A stretch of DNA of 44,305 nucleotides, from contig JBCDDQ010000003.1 in NCBI GenBank assembly GCA_039180225.1, positions 1 through 44,305 of the forward strand. Direction: 5' to 3'. The first letter of the stretch is position 1; each line of letters opens with the position of its first letter. The notes under the pieces were generated by a model. The model worked only from the letters and a program-made list of their open reading frames with translations. It made no database searches and was not told the origin of the DNA. Shown piece by piece: positions 27,638-36,411 of this stretch. The translations under genes were made by a program, and so were the position numbers. This DNA is from Pseudomonadota bacterium (GTDB lineage Bacteria; Pseudomonadota; Alphaproteobacteria; Rhizobiales; CAJQND01).

Positions 27638-27952
27638 TTACGCGTCCAGCCAGATGAACTCCGGCCATTCCATGCCCCCGAAGGCGGCAATCGGTACGCG
27701 TGGGAAGCCCTTTACCTTCGGCGACTTGGCGTCGATGTAAGCGCGGTGTGTGGAGATCAGCGAGCCTGAGCCTTCCGCACACAGTTTTTGGGCTTCGCAG
27801 TTCATTTCGGCACGCTTGCTGGCGTCGAGCTCGGCGCGAGCCATAGCCAGCAGCTTGTCGAACCGCTCGTTCTTCCATTGCGTTTCGTTCCATGGTGCAT
27901 CTGACTTGTAGGCCAGCGTCATCATGATGTTGGCGCTGGGCCGCATGTTCCA
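27638..27952 (-). pseudogene. C-terminal fragment of a peptide ABC substrate-binding protein (family 5), truncated at a breakpoint
   Basis: WNMRPSANIMMTLAYKSDAPWNETQWKNERFDKLL..ARAELDASKRAEM..AQ; similarity stops abruptly upstream of W at 27952. Confidence 0.85.
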
Positions 27953-28030
27953 GGGCCAGATGCGCCAAAACCTGGAAAGGTTAAATTCGCCCTCGTGGAA
28001 AAAAATAGCATTTCTTTCAAATGGGCATAG
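27953..28030 (+). other. Possible 3' end of an unrelated truncated gene
   Basis: Open frame GPDAPKPGKVKFALVEKNSISFKWA* begins exactly where the substrate-binding protein similarity ends. Confidence 0.35.
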
Positions 28031-28047
28031 CGAGCCAGAAATTCAAC

Positions 28048-28062
28048 TTAAAAGAGTGTTAA
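28048..28062. promoter_or_regulatory. CtrA-box consensus match upstream of the DUF1800 gene
   Basis: TTAA-AAGAGTG-TTAA (TTAA-N7-TTAA), with a further TTAAC at 28069-28073. The region is AT-rich, so a chance match is possible. Confidence 0.4.
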
Positions 28063-28153
28063 AACGCCTTAACTTTATAATCAAATCAAATATTTAAACC
28101 TTCCGGGTAAGCCGATTTTGTTCGACTTTTACAGCGGTTGGTGAAAAATATTT

Positions 28154-31100
28154 ATGTCTAATTTTATCAATAGGCCGATCTTCAGCTTTGTTATTTCAGG
28201 TATTTTATTGTCGGTTGTCACCGCTTGCGGTGCGGTTGATGAGCCGGCGGCTTCACCGAGTTCGGATGATGGAGAGGTTGTTTCGCCCCCCGCTGCTCCC
28301 GCGCCATCGACGCCGGAACCAACGACCTCAGAGATAACCGTCGAAGGCGTCATCGCCGCGGGTTTGGCCGCATGCGATGTTTCGCTTTTCACCGACAGCA
28401 CGGCTCCTCTGGCAGAAGGGACTTCCGACGCGCAAGGGCGCTATCGTTTGACTTTGGAGCCCTTCGCTCAAGACACGGTCTTCACCGTGGAAGCCAGCAA
28501 CTGTTCTTATGAAGACGAAGCCACTGGCGAGGTCGTTTCGGGCGTCGGGATGCTGGCCATGTCGCTTGTTCCTGAGGGTGGTACCGACGATGCCGCAGAA
28601 GATCACCGGATCACGCTGCATGTGACCCCTTTGACCACACTCGCCGCGCGCCGTGCGGTTCAAGAAGGCGGAAGTGTCGACGCTGTCGTCACCGCCGCTG
28701 AGGATATCTCACGTCTCTTCACGGGCAACACCATTGATATTCTCTCCGTATCGCCGGTCATCGCCGTCTCAGGCGATGCCGCGATGGCCGATCAGGAGCA
28801 AAGAGATTATGGCCTCTGGCTCGCCATTATCTCAGCTGCAGGCGACCTCGAGGTGTTTCTCGATGAAATGGAAACCGCCGTCGAAATAGCCCTTTCGACC
28901 GCACCGGGTGAGGGCGGCGAAAACGCCTTTGACGCTGACACTCAGGAGAAGTTGCTGACCGCCGCCGCGATCTTTGAAGCGACAGGTCGAAACCGATCGG
29001 ATCGTATCGCTACTGAATTAACAGCAACCACGCGCCAAGCGGAAACGCCCGAGGGTGAGGCGCCAGTTGCCGTCAGCAATGCGAGCGCGCGGGGTGAGGC
29101 CGGACAATCGTTTTTTCTCGACCCGGCTACACTGTTCACCGACCCTGAAGGGGGTCAACTCAGTTTCGAAGTCGCTTTCCTCCCCAACGGCCTCGTGGTC
29201 GATGATGATGGCGTGATCAGCGGTATACCTACAGGAGCAGGCACGACAGCAACGCTGATCACCGCTTTTGATGACCAGGGAAATGCGACCGCCATTTGGC
29301 TGACGCTTACAATTGATGAAATGCCGCCGGAACCGGCAAATATAGCGCCAGTGGCTTCGTTCCTCGTGACACCATCTACGGGCGAGGCACCTGTAACCGC
29401 TCGATTCGACGCGGCTATGTCCACCGATTCAGACGGCGAAATATCGGGTTATTCCTGGGACTTCGGGGATGGGACGACAGCGACCGGGCCGCTGGTCGAG
29501 AACCGCTTCGACGAACCGGGAACATATCGTATCGTTTTGACTGTAACGGACGATGCAGGTTCAGTGGCGACCGTTTCCCGTGAGTTGACTGTCTCCGAAC
29601 CGCAAGCCCCAATGCCAGTCATTCCGGTTCTGCCACCGGCGCCAACGGAGCCACCTGCACCGACAGAACCATCGGAGCCAGTGGAGCCATCAGAGCCAGC
29701 GCCAACGGAGCCAGTTGAACCAACTGAGCCAGCGCCGACAGAGCCCGCTGAGCCAACCGAACCGGTTGTTCCCGAAGAGCCGGCTGAACCCGAAAATATG
29801 GCCCCGATCGCCGACATCGCGAGCAACACCCTAACGGGGAATTCGCCTTTGGCTGTTTCTTTTGATGCCTCTGGGTCTACGGATGCTGACGGATCAATTG
29901 CCTCTTACGTCTGGTCGTTTGGCGATGGCGCCACAGCCTCTGGCCCGATGCCAACCCATACTTTCGGGAATGAAGGTACCTACACGGTTCAGCTCACGGT
30001 GATCGATGATCTGGGTTTATCGGCGAGCGCAGAACTCGTGATCACAGTCGAGCCTCCGCTGAACCAACCCCCGAAGGCAGTGATCGCGGCCAGCCAAAGA
30101 TCGGGTCCCGCACCTCTCGAAGTCACTTTTGATGCGTCAGACTCTTCCGACCCCGACGGTACCATTGACTCTTACAGCTGGTCGTTTGGTGAGGGCGAAA
30201 CCGCCTCGGGTGAAAGTGCACGTTACGTTTTCGAAGCTGAAGGCAGCTATGTTGTTCGCCTGACGATTGTCGATGATGAGGGGTTATCAACCACGGTCGG
30301 GCTGACAGTTGAAGTTGACCCGCCGGCCAATGTGGCCCCTACGGCCGTGATCGCGCGTCCATCTGAACCTGTTATTGTTGATAACGAAATCACCTTTGAT
30401 GGCTCGGGATCTTCAGACTCAGACGGTGAAATTACCGCCTACGCCTGGGATTTCGGCGATGGCTCCACACAATCAGGTATGGGTCCTCAGCATCGTTTTA
30501 CCGCCATGGGTACATATGAGGTGCGTTTGACGGTTACCGATGATGATGGCGCGACCGGAACGGTTTTGCGATCAATCGAGGTTCAAAACCCGTCCGAAGC
30601 AGAGGTTTCGGCGACCCTCATTGAAACGGAAGCGGAAGCGTCAGCATTTTTGACATCCGCAACTTTCGGGGCCAATCAAACCGACATTGATTCGATGATT
30701 GGGCAGGATGCGGCCGACTGGATACAAGATGAATTTGAGAAGCCCGTAAACCCGATGCTGCCTGTGCTTCTCAATCAGCTCAATCAAGGGACCGAACTCG
30801 ACAGTCGCGCGCATTCCGCCCTGCAATGGGAAGCGATGATGGCGGCAGATGATCAACTGCGTCAGCGCGTTATTTTTGCCCTCTCGCAGATTTTCGTCGT
30901 CTCGGACAGGAGTACGGCGAACCCGCCCTTACGTATGGCGTTCTACATCGACATTCTTGCAAACAACGCGTTCGGCAATTTTCGAAATCTGTTGCAAGAT
31001 GTCACCTACTCGCCAGCGATGGCGCGTTATTTGACGTATCTTCGCAATCGAAAAGGTGATCCGAGAACGGGACGAACGCCAGACGAAAATTACGCCCGCG

Positions 31101-32200
31101 AAATCCTCCAGCTCTTCACCATCGGCCTTGTTGAACTCAACCTGGACGGTACCCCGCGCCTGAGCGGTGGGCAACCGGTTGAGACCTTCACAAACGAGGA
31201 TATCATCGGCCTCGCGAGGGTTTTTACCGGGTTGTCGTTTGCGAAGGATACATTCTGGGGCGCAGTCCCACCTGAACTTGAATATACGCCATTACGCGCG
31301 TTTCCAGAGCAGCATTCCGAGCTCGAAAAGTCCTTTTTGGGGCAAACCATCCCGGCGGGAACCGGCCCGGATCGAAGCATAAATACGGCGCTCGACACGT
31401 TGTTTAATCATCCGAACGTGGGGCCTTTCATTGGGCGCCAGCTTATTCAGCGTTTGACAGCAAGCCACCCTGACCCCGCCTATGTCGAGCGCGTCGCCAC
31501 CGCATTTAACGCGGGATCATTCACAGCCGCAAATGGTACTCGCTTTGGGTCAGGTGCACGGGGGGATATGCAGGCGGTTATCGCCGCGATCCTGCTGGAT
31601 GAAAGCAGAAACGGCGTGGAGGTTCTGACCGGCGACAGTAGCGGCAAAATACGGTCTCCTGTTCTGCGTTTCGTGCACTGGGTGCGGGCGTTCAATGTGG
31701 CCAATATCAACGCAGCGAACGAAAACCGGCTTCGTGACACCTCAAATGCGGCAACCCGACTTGGTCAACATCCGTTCCGTTCAAGGTCGGTCTTTAACTT
31801 CTACCGACCCGGATATATCGCGCCTGGGACCGAAAGTGGGGAGCTTGGGCTGACGGCCCCTGAACTGCAGATCAAGAGTGCTACCTCAATCGTCGGGTTT
31901 GTGAATTTCATGCTTGAATATGTCCGCGACCGAACGGGCACGCGCGACGGCGCAACCGATAATTTCGTACCCGATTATACGACAGAGCTTTCGCTCGCGG
32001 CCAACCCGACCGAATTGGTCGATCATCTGGCGGACTTACTCACTGGGGGGCAAATGTCGCAAGTCTCTCGTGACCGGATCGTTGAAATTCTGGGTGAAAT
32101 CCCGATCCGAGACGGTCGTGAAGACGAAGACCTGACGACCCGCGTTCACGTGGCGATTACGCTCGCTTTGGCAACACCTGCCTATTCTGTTCAGCCTTAG
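28154..32200 (+). CDS. Large lipoprotein: N-terminal domain, Ig-like (He_PIG) domain, four PKD domains, Pro/Glu linker, C-terminal DUF1800
   Basis: Lipobox VVTAC; FTDPEGGQLSF..LPNGL..GVISGIPT; four repeats of FDAS.S.D.DG.I.SY.W(D/S)FG(D/E)G...GTY.V.LTV.DD.G; DUF1800 motifs DQLRQRVIFALSQIFVVS, FGNFRNLL.DVT.SPAM, PDENYAREILQLFTIGL, LFNHPNVGPFI..QLIQRL, SVFNFYRPGY. Confidence 0.88.
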   Translation: MSNFINRPIFSFVISGILLSVVTACGAVDEPAASPSSDDGEVVSPPAAPAPSTPEPTTSEITVEGVIAAGLAACDVSLFTDSTAPLAEGTSDAQGRYRLTLEPFAQDTVFTVEASNCSYEDEATGEVVSGVGMLAMSLVPEGGTDDAAEDHRITLHVTPLTTLAARRAVQEGGSVDAVVTAAEDISRLFTGNTIDILSVSPVIAVSGDAAMADQEQRDYGLWLAIISAAGDLEVFLDEMETAVEIALSTAPGEGGENAFDADTQEKLLTAAAIFEATGRNRSDRIATELTATTRQAETPEGEAPVAVSNASARGEAGQSFFLDPATLFTDPEGGQLSFEVAFLPNGLVVDDDGVISGIPTGAGTTATLITAFDDQGNATAIWLTLTIDEMPPEPANIAPVASFLVTPSTGEAPVTARFDAAMSTDSDGEISGYSWDFGDGTTATGPLVENRFDEPGTYRIVLTVTDDAGSVATVSRELTVSEPQAPMPVIPVLPPAPTEPPAPTEPSEPVEPSEPAPTEPVEPTEPAPTEPAEPTEPVVPEEPAEPENMAPIADIASNTLTGNSPLAVSFDASGSTDADGSIASYVWSFGDGATASGPMPTHTFGNEGTYTVQLTVIDDLGLSASAELVITVEPPLNQPPKAVIAASQRSGPAPLEVTFDASDSSDPDGTIDSYSWSFGEGETASGESARYVFEAEGSYVVRLTIVDDEGLSTTVGLTVEVDPPANVAPTAVIARPSEPVIVDNEITFDGSGSSDSDGEITAYAWDFGDGSTQSGMGPQHRFTAMGTYEVRLTVTDDDGATGTVLRSIEVQNPSEAEVSATLIETEAEASAFLTSATFGANQTDIDSMIGQDAADWIQDEFEKPVNPMLPVLLNQLNQGTELDSRAHSALQWEAMMAADDQLRQRVIFALSQIFVVSDRSTANPPLRMAFYIDILANNAFGNFRNLLQDVTYSPAMARYLTYLRNRKGDPRTGRTPDENYAREILQLFTIGLVELNLDGTPRLSGGQPVETFTNEDIIGLARVFTGLSFAKDTFWGAVPPELEYTPLRAFPEQHSELEKSFLGQTIPAGTGPDRSINTALDTLFNHPNVGPFIGRQLIQRLTASHPDPAYVERVATAFNAGSFTAANGTRFGSGARGDMQAVIAAILLDESRNGVEVLTGDSSGKIRSPVLRFVHWVRAFNVANINAANENRLRDTSNAATRLGQHPFRSRSVFNFYRPGYIAPGTESGELGLTAPELQIKSATSIVGFVNFMLEYVRDRTGTRDGATDNFVPDYTTELSLAANPTELVDHLADLLTGGQMSQVSRDRIVEILGEIPIRDGREDEDLTTRVHVAITLALATPAYSVQP
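29634..29794 (+). repeat. Degenerate coding tandem repeat (PAPTEP / xEP linker)
   Basis: PPAPTEPPAPTEPSEPVEPSEPAPTEPVEPTEPAPTEPAEPTEP between PKD1 and PKD2. Confidence 0.8.
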
Positions 32201-32211
32201 GAAATTTGATC

Positions 32212-33633
32212 ATGACCAACATCAATCGTCGATCCTTCCTGAAAACGACAGGCGCACTTTCACTTATGGGTGCCAGTGGGGTCCTCGCGGGATTGGCTGG
32301 CCGTCAGACCTTCGCCATTGATACGAGCGGCTATAAAGCTCTTGTCTGTTTGTTCCTGAAGGGCGGGATGGACCATGCCGATACGGTTCTTCCATTTGAT
32401 GAAGCGTCCTACGCCGAGCTTGCCGAGGTTCGCCAGGGACTCTTCAATACCTATAATGCAGAAGACCCCACGTCGTCTCGACACCCGGATCAATTGCTGC
32501 GCCTCAATCCGGAGAACGAAGATAGTTTCGGGGGGCGCCAGTTTGCTTTACCGCGTGAACTCTCTGGAATTCATGCGCTTTTTGAGGCCGGAAATGCCGC
32601 AATTGTCGGCAATGTCGGACCATTGATCGAACCCGTTACCCGCGCGCAGATGCAAGACAACAGCGTCGCTCTCCCTCCTCGTTTATTTTCACACAACGAC
32701 CAGCAATCAACGTGGATGGCGCTCGGTGTCGAGGGCTCACGCTATGGTTGGGGTGGGCAGTTTGCGGATGCAGTCAGCGGCGCTTCCACATCCAGCGCTG
32801 GCCAGTTCACTTCCATCACCGCATCGGGGCTTGATGTGTTTCTTGCTGGTCAGAATGCGAGACCGTTTTCAGTTGGCTCAAACGGCGTGAGCGACTTTCT
32901 CTTACGCACACAGCCCTGGAGACTTGGCAGTGGGCGCAATTCCGACCGCGCGCAGGAATTGCTCGGAGAGCATTTTGCTAGCCTCGGTGTGACCTCACCA
33001 AGCGCATTTGTTCGCGATATTGCCGCCACCAATGCCCGGACTGTAGCGAGCAATGATGCCTTTAGTAGCGCGCGTGATCAATTCCTTGGTCTGAGCACCG
33101 GGTTCCCTGACTCATCTATCGGTCGTCAGCTGCAGGCAATTGCGGAAACGATCAGTATCCAGGGGTCACTCGGGGTGAATCGCCAGATTTTCTACGCCGA
33201 TACAGGCGGTTATGACACACATAACGCCCAGGCAAATAATCTGCCAGGGCTCCATTCCCAACTCGATCAGGCGATTTCAGCATTTTACGCCGCCATGGGC
33301 GAACTCGGCATGCAAAACGAGGTCGTATTGTTTACGGCTTCAGATTTCGGGCGCACGCTTATCGATAATGGCGACGGTACCGATCACGGCTGGGGGGGGC
33401 ATCATTTTGTGGTGGGCGGACCGGTCAATGGCAAGAAAATTTATGGCAATTTACCCGGCAATGACCCCGATTCTGATGAATATACAGTCAGCCGGGGGCG
33501 CTTGATCCCCAAAACATCGGTCGAACAGTATGCCGCGACGCTCGGAGATTGGTTTGGCCTCGACAGTTATGAACTCGAGCGCGTGTTACCCAACCTCCAA
33601 AATTTTGATGAGCGCAATCTTGGGTTTATTTAG
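32212..33633 (+). CDS. DUF1501 family protein with Tat signal
   Basis: NRRSFLK twin-arginine motif; YKALVCLFLKGGMD, LFSHNDQQ, GGYDTH, FTASDFGRT, GTDHGWGGHHFVVGG, GRLIP..SVEQY.ATL; starts 11 bp after the DUF1800 gene. Confidence 0.9.
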   Translation: MTNINRRSFLKTTGALSLMGASGVLAGLAGRQTFAIDTSGYKALVCLFLKGGMDHADTVLPFDEASYAELAEVRQGLFNTYNAEDPTSSRHPDQLLRLNPENEDSFGGRQFALPRELSGIHALFEAGNAAIVGNVGPLIEPVTRAQMQDNSVALPPRLFSHNDQQSTWMALGVEGSRYGWGGQFADAVSGASTSSAGQFTSITASGLDVFLAGQNARPFSVGSNGVSDFLLRTQPWRLGSGRNSDRAQELLGEHFASLGVTSPSAFVRDIAATNARTVASNDAFSSARDQFLGLSTGFPDSSIGRQLQAIAETISIQGSLGVNRQIFYADTGGYDTHNAQANNLPGLHSQLDQAISAFYAAMGELGMQNEVVLFTASDFGRTLIDNGDGTDHGWGGHHFVVGGPVNGKKIYGNLPGNDPDSDEYTVSRGRLIPKTSVEQYAATLGDWFGLDSYELERVLPNLQNFDERNLGFI

Positions 33634-33762
33634 GCGGTGAACCCTTAAACGGTGCGCGGCTACGTTTCTGTCTCTACGGCCTGTTCATATGTCTGTTGAG
33701 CCATCGATGAATGCGGATTGCCAGGAAAGCACGATTGGCCCCGCCGTTCATTCAGGGGCCTT

Positions 33763-34545
33763 TCATTGAGCTTTTTCTTGAGTTTTTTCGGGGCCTTGTT
33801 CTGTGTCTCGTTCTTTGCCTTGTTCCGGGGCCACCGACTCAACGCTGTTACTTGGGGGCGTTGCTTCCTCAAAATAGGGCGCAGGCTCCCGGCCAAACTG
33901 TTCTTCGCCGATGTCGGGGCATTGGTTTTGTGCGGTTGTCTCAACCGGTGGTGCGGAATGTAACCAGCATTTTTCGTATATAGAACAATAGCAGATCCCG
34001 ATTTTGATTCGCTCATTCGCGATCGCCTTGCTCAGCGCTGCCTGGACATTGTCGCCTTCAACACGAACCAGTTCGATTGCTTCTCCTGGCTTCACCACAT
34101 GATCAAGATCGGTCCGTGAGAGGCTACCGTCCAATGCTCCGCCAGCTAAGGCACGTACTGTCGATGGCCAGTCGTTCATCGCCCGACCGTCAAGCTCAAC
34201 GCGCATCGATTCCACCAGCGCCGGGCCAAGACCATCATTCTCTAATGATACTGCTACCCGCTGTACTGGTGATGCGTTGTTGAAACTCACATGAATGGCA
34301 AGCGAGGGCCAAGCGGCGGCTTCCTGCATTTTCCGGGTCGCGTCAGCCTGTTCGAAGGCGGCATACGCAACAAAAATCGAAATGGCGAAGGCAGGCACGC
34401 CGACAATGAGATTGGCTGCCGCCATAATCGGCATGAACTTCATCCAGCGCATGACGCGCTCCAACACATGCTCGAGTTGCATTGGCGTCGGCGGCGGGTT
34501 GCCTCCGGCGGCCTTCAGGGGGGTATCGTTATCTTCGGTCTGCAT
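33763..34545 (-). CDS. Hypothetical membrane-anchored protein with CYCSxxxxCW motif
   Basis: One hydrophobic segment, then AWPSL, LENDGLGPA.V, ICYCSIYEKCW and a further Cys; low-complexity tail. Confidence 0.65.
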   Translation of the reverse strand: MQTEDNDTPLKAAGGNPPPTPMQLEHVLERVMRWMKFMPIMAAANLIVGVPAFAISIFVAYAAFEQADATRKMQEAAAWPSLAIHVSFNNASPVQRVAVSLENDGLGPALVESMRVELDGRAMNDWPSTVRALAGGALDGSLSRTDLDHVVKPGEAIELVRVEGDNVQAALSKAIANERIKIGICYCSIYEKCWLHSAPPVETTAQNQCPDIGEEQFGREPAPYFEEATPPSNSVESVAPEQGKERDTEQGPEKTQEKAQ

Positions 34546-34665
34546 TGCCTGGTCTCATCAGCTTTTTGCAACAATGCAAGCTTGCCTCTACCGCATCTGT
34601 TGGACAAGACAGAAGTGAAGTGGCGGCGGGAAAAAAGGCGCAGGAAAGCGATAGGAGCGGTGCCG

Positions 34666-34860
34666 CTAACCGGCGCCGCGCACTAACGAAACGGCTTTTC
34701 GGATCACGTCTTCATCGCCGATATGGTTAACAAGTGTGAGAATGAGCTTGGCGTCGCGTTTGCGGCTTTCTTCATCGGTGCATCCTTCATGCAGGTCGAT
34801 GAAGAGCTGATAGACATCGTCTGGACGCGCGATATTCGGGGCGGTGATCAGATCGGCCAT
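34666..34860 (-). CDS. DUF2783 small protein
   Basis: MADLITAPNIARPDDVYQLFIDLHEG...AKLILTLVNHIGD; overlaps the end of the monooxygenase gene. Confidence 0.85.
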   Translation of the reverse strand: MADLITAPNIARPDDVYQLFIDLHEGCTDEESRKRDAKLILTLVNHIGDEDVIRKAVSLVRGAG

Positions 34861-36407
34861 TGGTGAGCCTCCAGCTGGTCCGCCGTGAAGCTCTTCCATC
34901 GCGCCGCCACATATTGATCAGGTCGAATGAGATACGCATCACCCGGAGCGAGATCATAACGCTCGCGGGCGAGATCGCTTGTCGCCTCGACAACCGGTAA
35001 TGGTGCGGAATTGAGCCCGCCGCACGACAGAAGCTTCCAGCTGCCCCCGAGATCCGGTAGCAGCCAGTTTTTATCCCGCAACGCGCCTTCGATGGGTGCG
35101 TCAACAGCGGGTGAGCCCGGGGGAACACCGCCTTGCCACTTGTCAACATCCGCCATCACTAGAGCGTTGGGCCGATAGGAAACGGGTGTGGAGAGCCGTC
35201 CGGAATTGACAAAGGGTCGCGCGAAGTCATGACTTTCGGCAAGGTCTAGAACTGCATCACGAAGCGCCCGGCTCGCTGCGGTTTTCGGTGTCATAAAATC
35301 AGTCGAGCGCGATGAGTTCAGGATGTTTTCGTCCGCCGTCGCGATTGCCTCTTCATTATAGGTCTCGATCAACGCGGCATTACCACCGCGAAGGACATAA
35401 TCGAGCTTCCACGCGAGATTGTCCGCATCGGCAACGCCGCCATTGCATCCGCGCGCGCCGAAAGGCGACACCAGATGGGCGGCATCGCCCGCGAAAATGA
35501 TCCGATCATGCACAAAGCGCTCCATGCGCCGACATTGGAACGTATAGACCGAATACCATTCTTCGGTGAATTCAACATCGTCACCGAGCATGCCACGGAC
35601 CAGGGGTTCGACATTTTCCGGTCGCACGGCAGCCTCGCGATCGATATCCCAGCCCAGCTGAAAATCGAGCCGCCAGATATCATCGGGCTGGCGGTGCATC
35701 AGCGCCGAGGCACCGGGCCAAGGTGGGTCAAACCAGAACCAGCGTTCGGGCGGGCGCTGCTCCTTGAATTTCACATCGGCGATCAGGAAATTATCCTCAA
35801 ACACCCGGCCAACGAAGTCGAGCCCCATCATCGTACGAATAGGCGATTTCGAGCCATCACATGCGACAATCCAGTCTGCGTTCAGCTCATAGCTTCCCTC
35901 GGCGGTTTCGACTGTCAGCCGGTTTTTGTCGGTATCGATCGCTGATACCTCATGACCCCAGCGCAGGTCGATAGTGGGTAACTCGGCGCACGCCGTAATC
36001 AGAAATTCCTCGGCATAATATTGCTGAAGATTGATAAAACCCGGCATTTCCTGATGCTTCACCGGCTGCATATCAAACTGATAAACCGGTGTGTCGCTAT
36101 CGCCGCGAAAGACTTTCCCGACATTCCACACAACGCCTTTATCAACCATGCGCTTTGCAACGCCGAGCCGATTCCAGATATCGAGGGTTCGCTTGGCGAA
36201 GCAGATCGCCTTGGAACCCGCACTGATGAAATCATAGCGATTGAGCAAGACGACTTCATGCCCGCGTTGGCCGAGGTCGAGTGCAAGGGTAAGCCCAACA
36301 GGCCCGCCCCCAACGATGACAACCGGATGGTGCCCCCCCGAGGCAGATTTGGGTACCGAGATAAGGTCTTTGTAGCGCGGGATCGCACTTGTATCGGTCA
36401 GTGGCAT
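34848..36407 (-). CDS. FAD-dependent aromatic monooxygenase (MhpA/PheA-TfdB-like)
   Basis: VIVGGGPVG, ACDG..S.IR, FAGDAAHLVSPFGARG.N, NLAWKL, C-terminal YLIRPDQYVAARW. Start placed at ATG 36407, just after the MBL gene stop. Confidence 0.9.
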   Translation of the reverse strand: MPLTDTSAIPRYKDLISVPKSASGGHHPVVIVGGGPVGLTLALDLGQRGHEVVLLNRYDFISAGSKAICFAKRTLDIWNRLGVAKRMVDKGVVWNVGKVFRGDSDTPVYQFDMQPVKHQEMPGFINLQQYYAEEFLITACAELPTIDLRWGHEVSAIDTDKNRLTVETAEGSYELNADWIVACDGSKSPIRTMMGLDFVGRVFEDNFLIADVKFKEQRPPERWFWFDPPWPGASALMHRQPDDIWRLDFQLGWDIDREAAVRPENVEPLVRGMLGDDVEFTEEWYSVYTFQCRRMERFVHDRIIFAGDAAHLVSPFGARGCNGGVADADNLAWKLDYVLRGGNAALIETYNEEAIATADENILNSSRSTDFMTPKTAASRALRDAVLDLAESHDFARPFVNSGRLSTPVSYRPNALVMADVDKWQGGVPPGSPAVDAPIEGALRDKNWLLPDLGGSWKLLSCGGLNSAPLPVVEATSDLARERYDLAPGDAYLIRPDQYVAARWKSFTADQLEAHQWPI

Positions 36408-36411
36408 GTGA

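Noticed and set aside
27900-28100. Mobile element or att site at the breakpoint
   Set aside because: No transposase, integrase, tRNA, terminal inverted repeats or target duplication is visible.
29634-29794. Repetitive DNA as a possible CRISPR array or VNTR
   Set aside because: The units are in-frame, degenerate at third codon positions and encode a Pro/Glu linker; there are no spacers or cas genes.
33392-33399. G8 tract as a phase-variation switch in DUF1501
   Set aside because: It encodes W-G-G of the conserved DHGWGGH motif and the frame is intact; nothing suggests slippage.
33660-34016. Overlapping 118-aa minus-strand ORF and hydrophobic + strand ORFs
   Set aside because: These are alternative frames over the low-complexity tail of the 260-aa gene, with no independent support.
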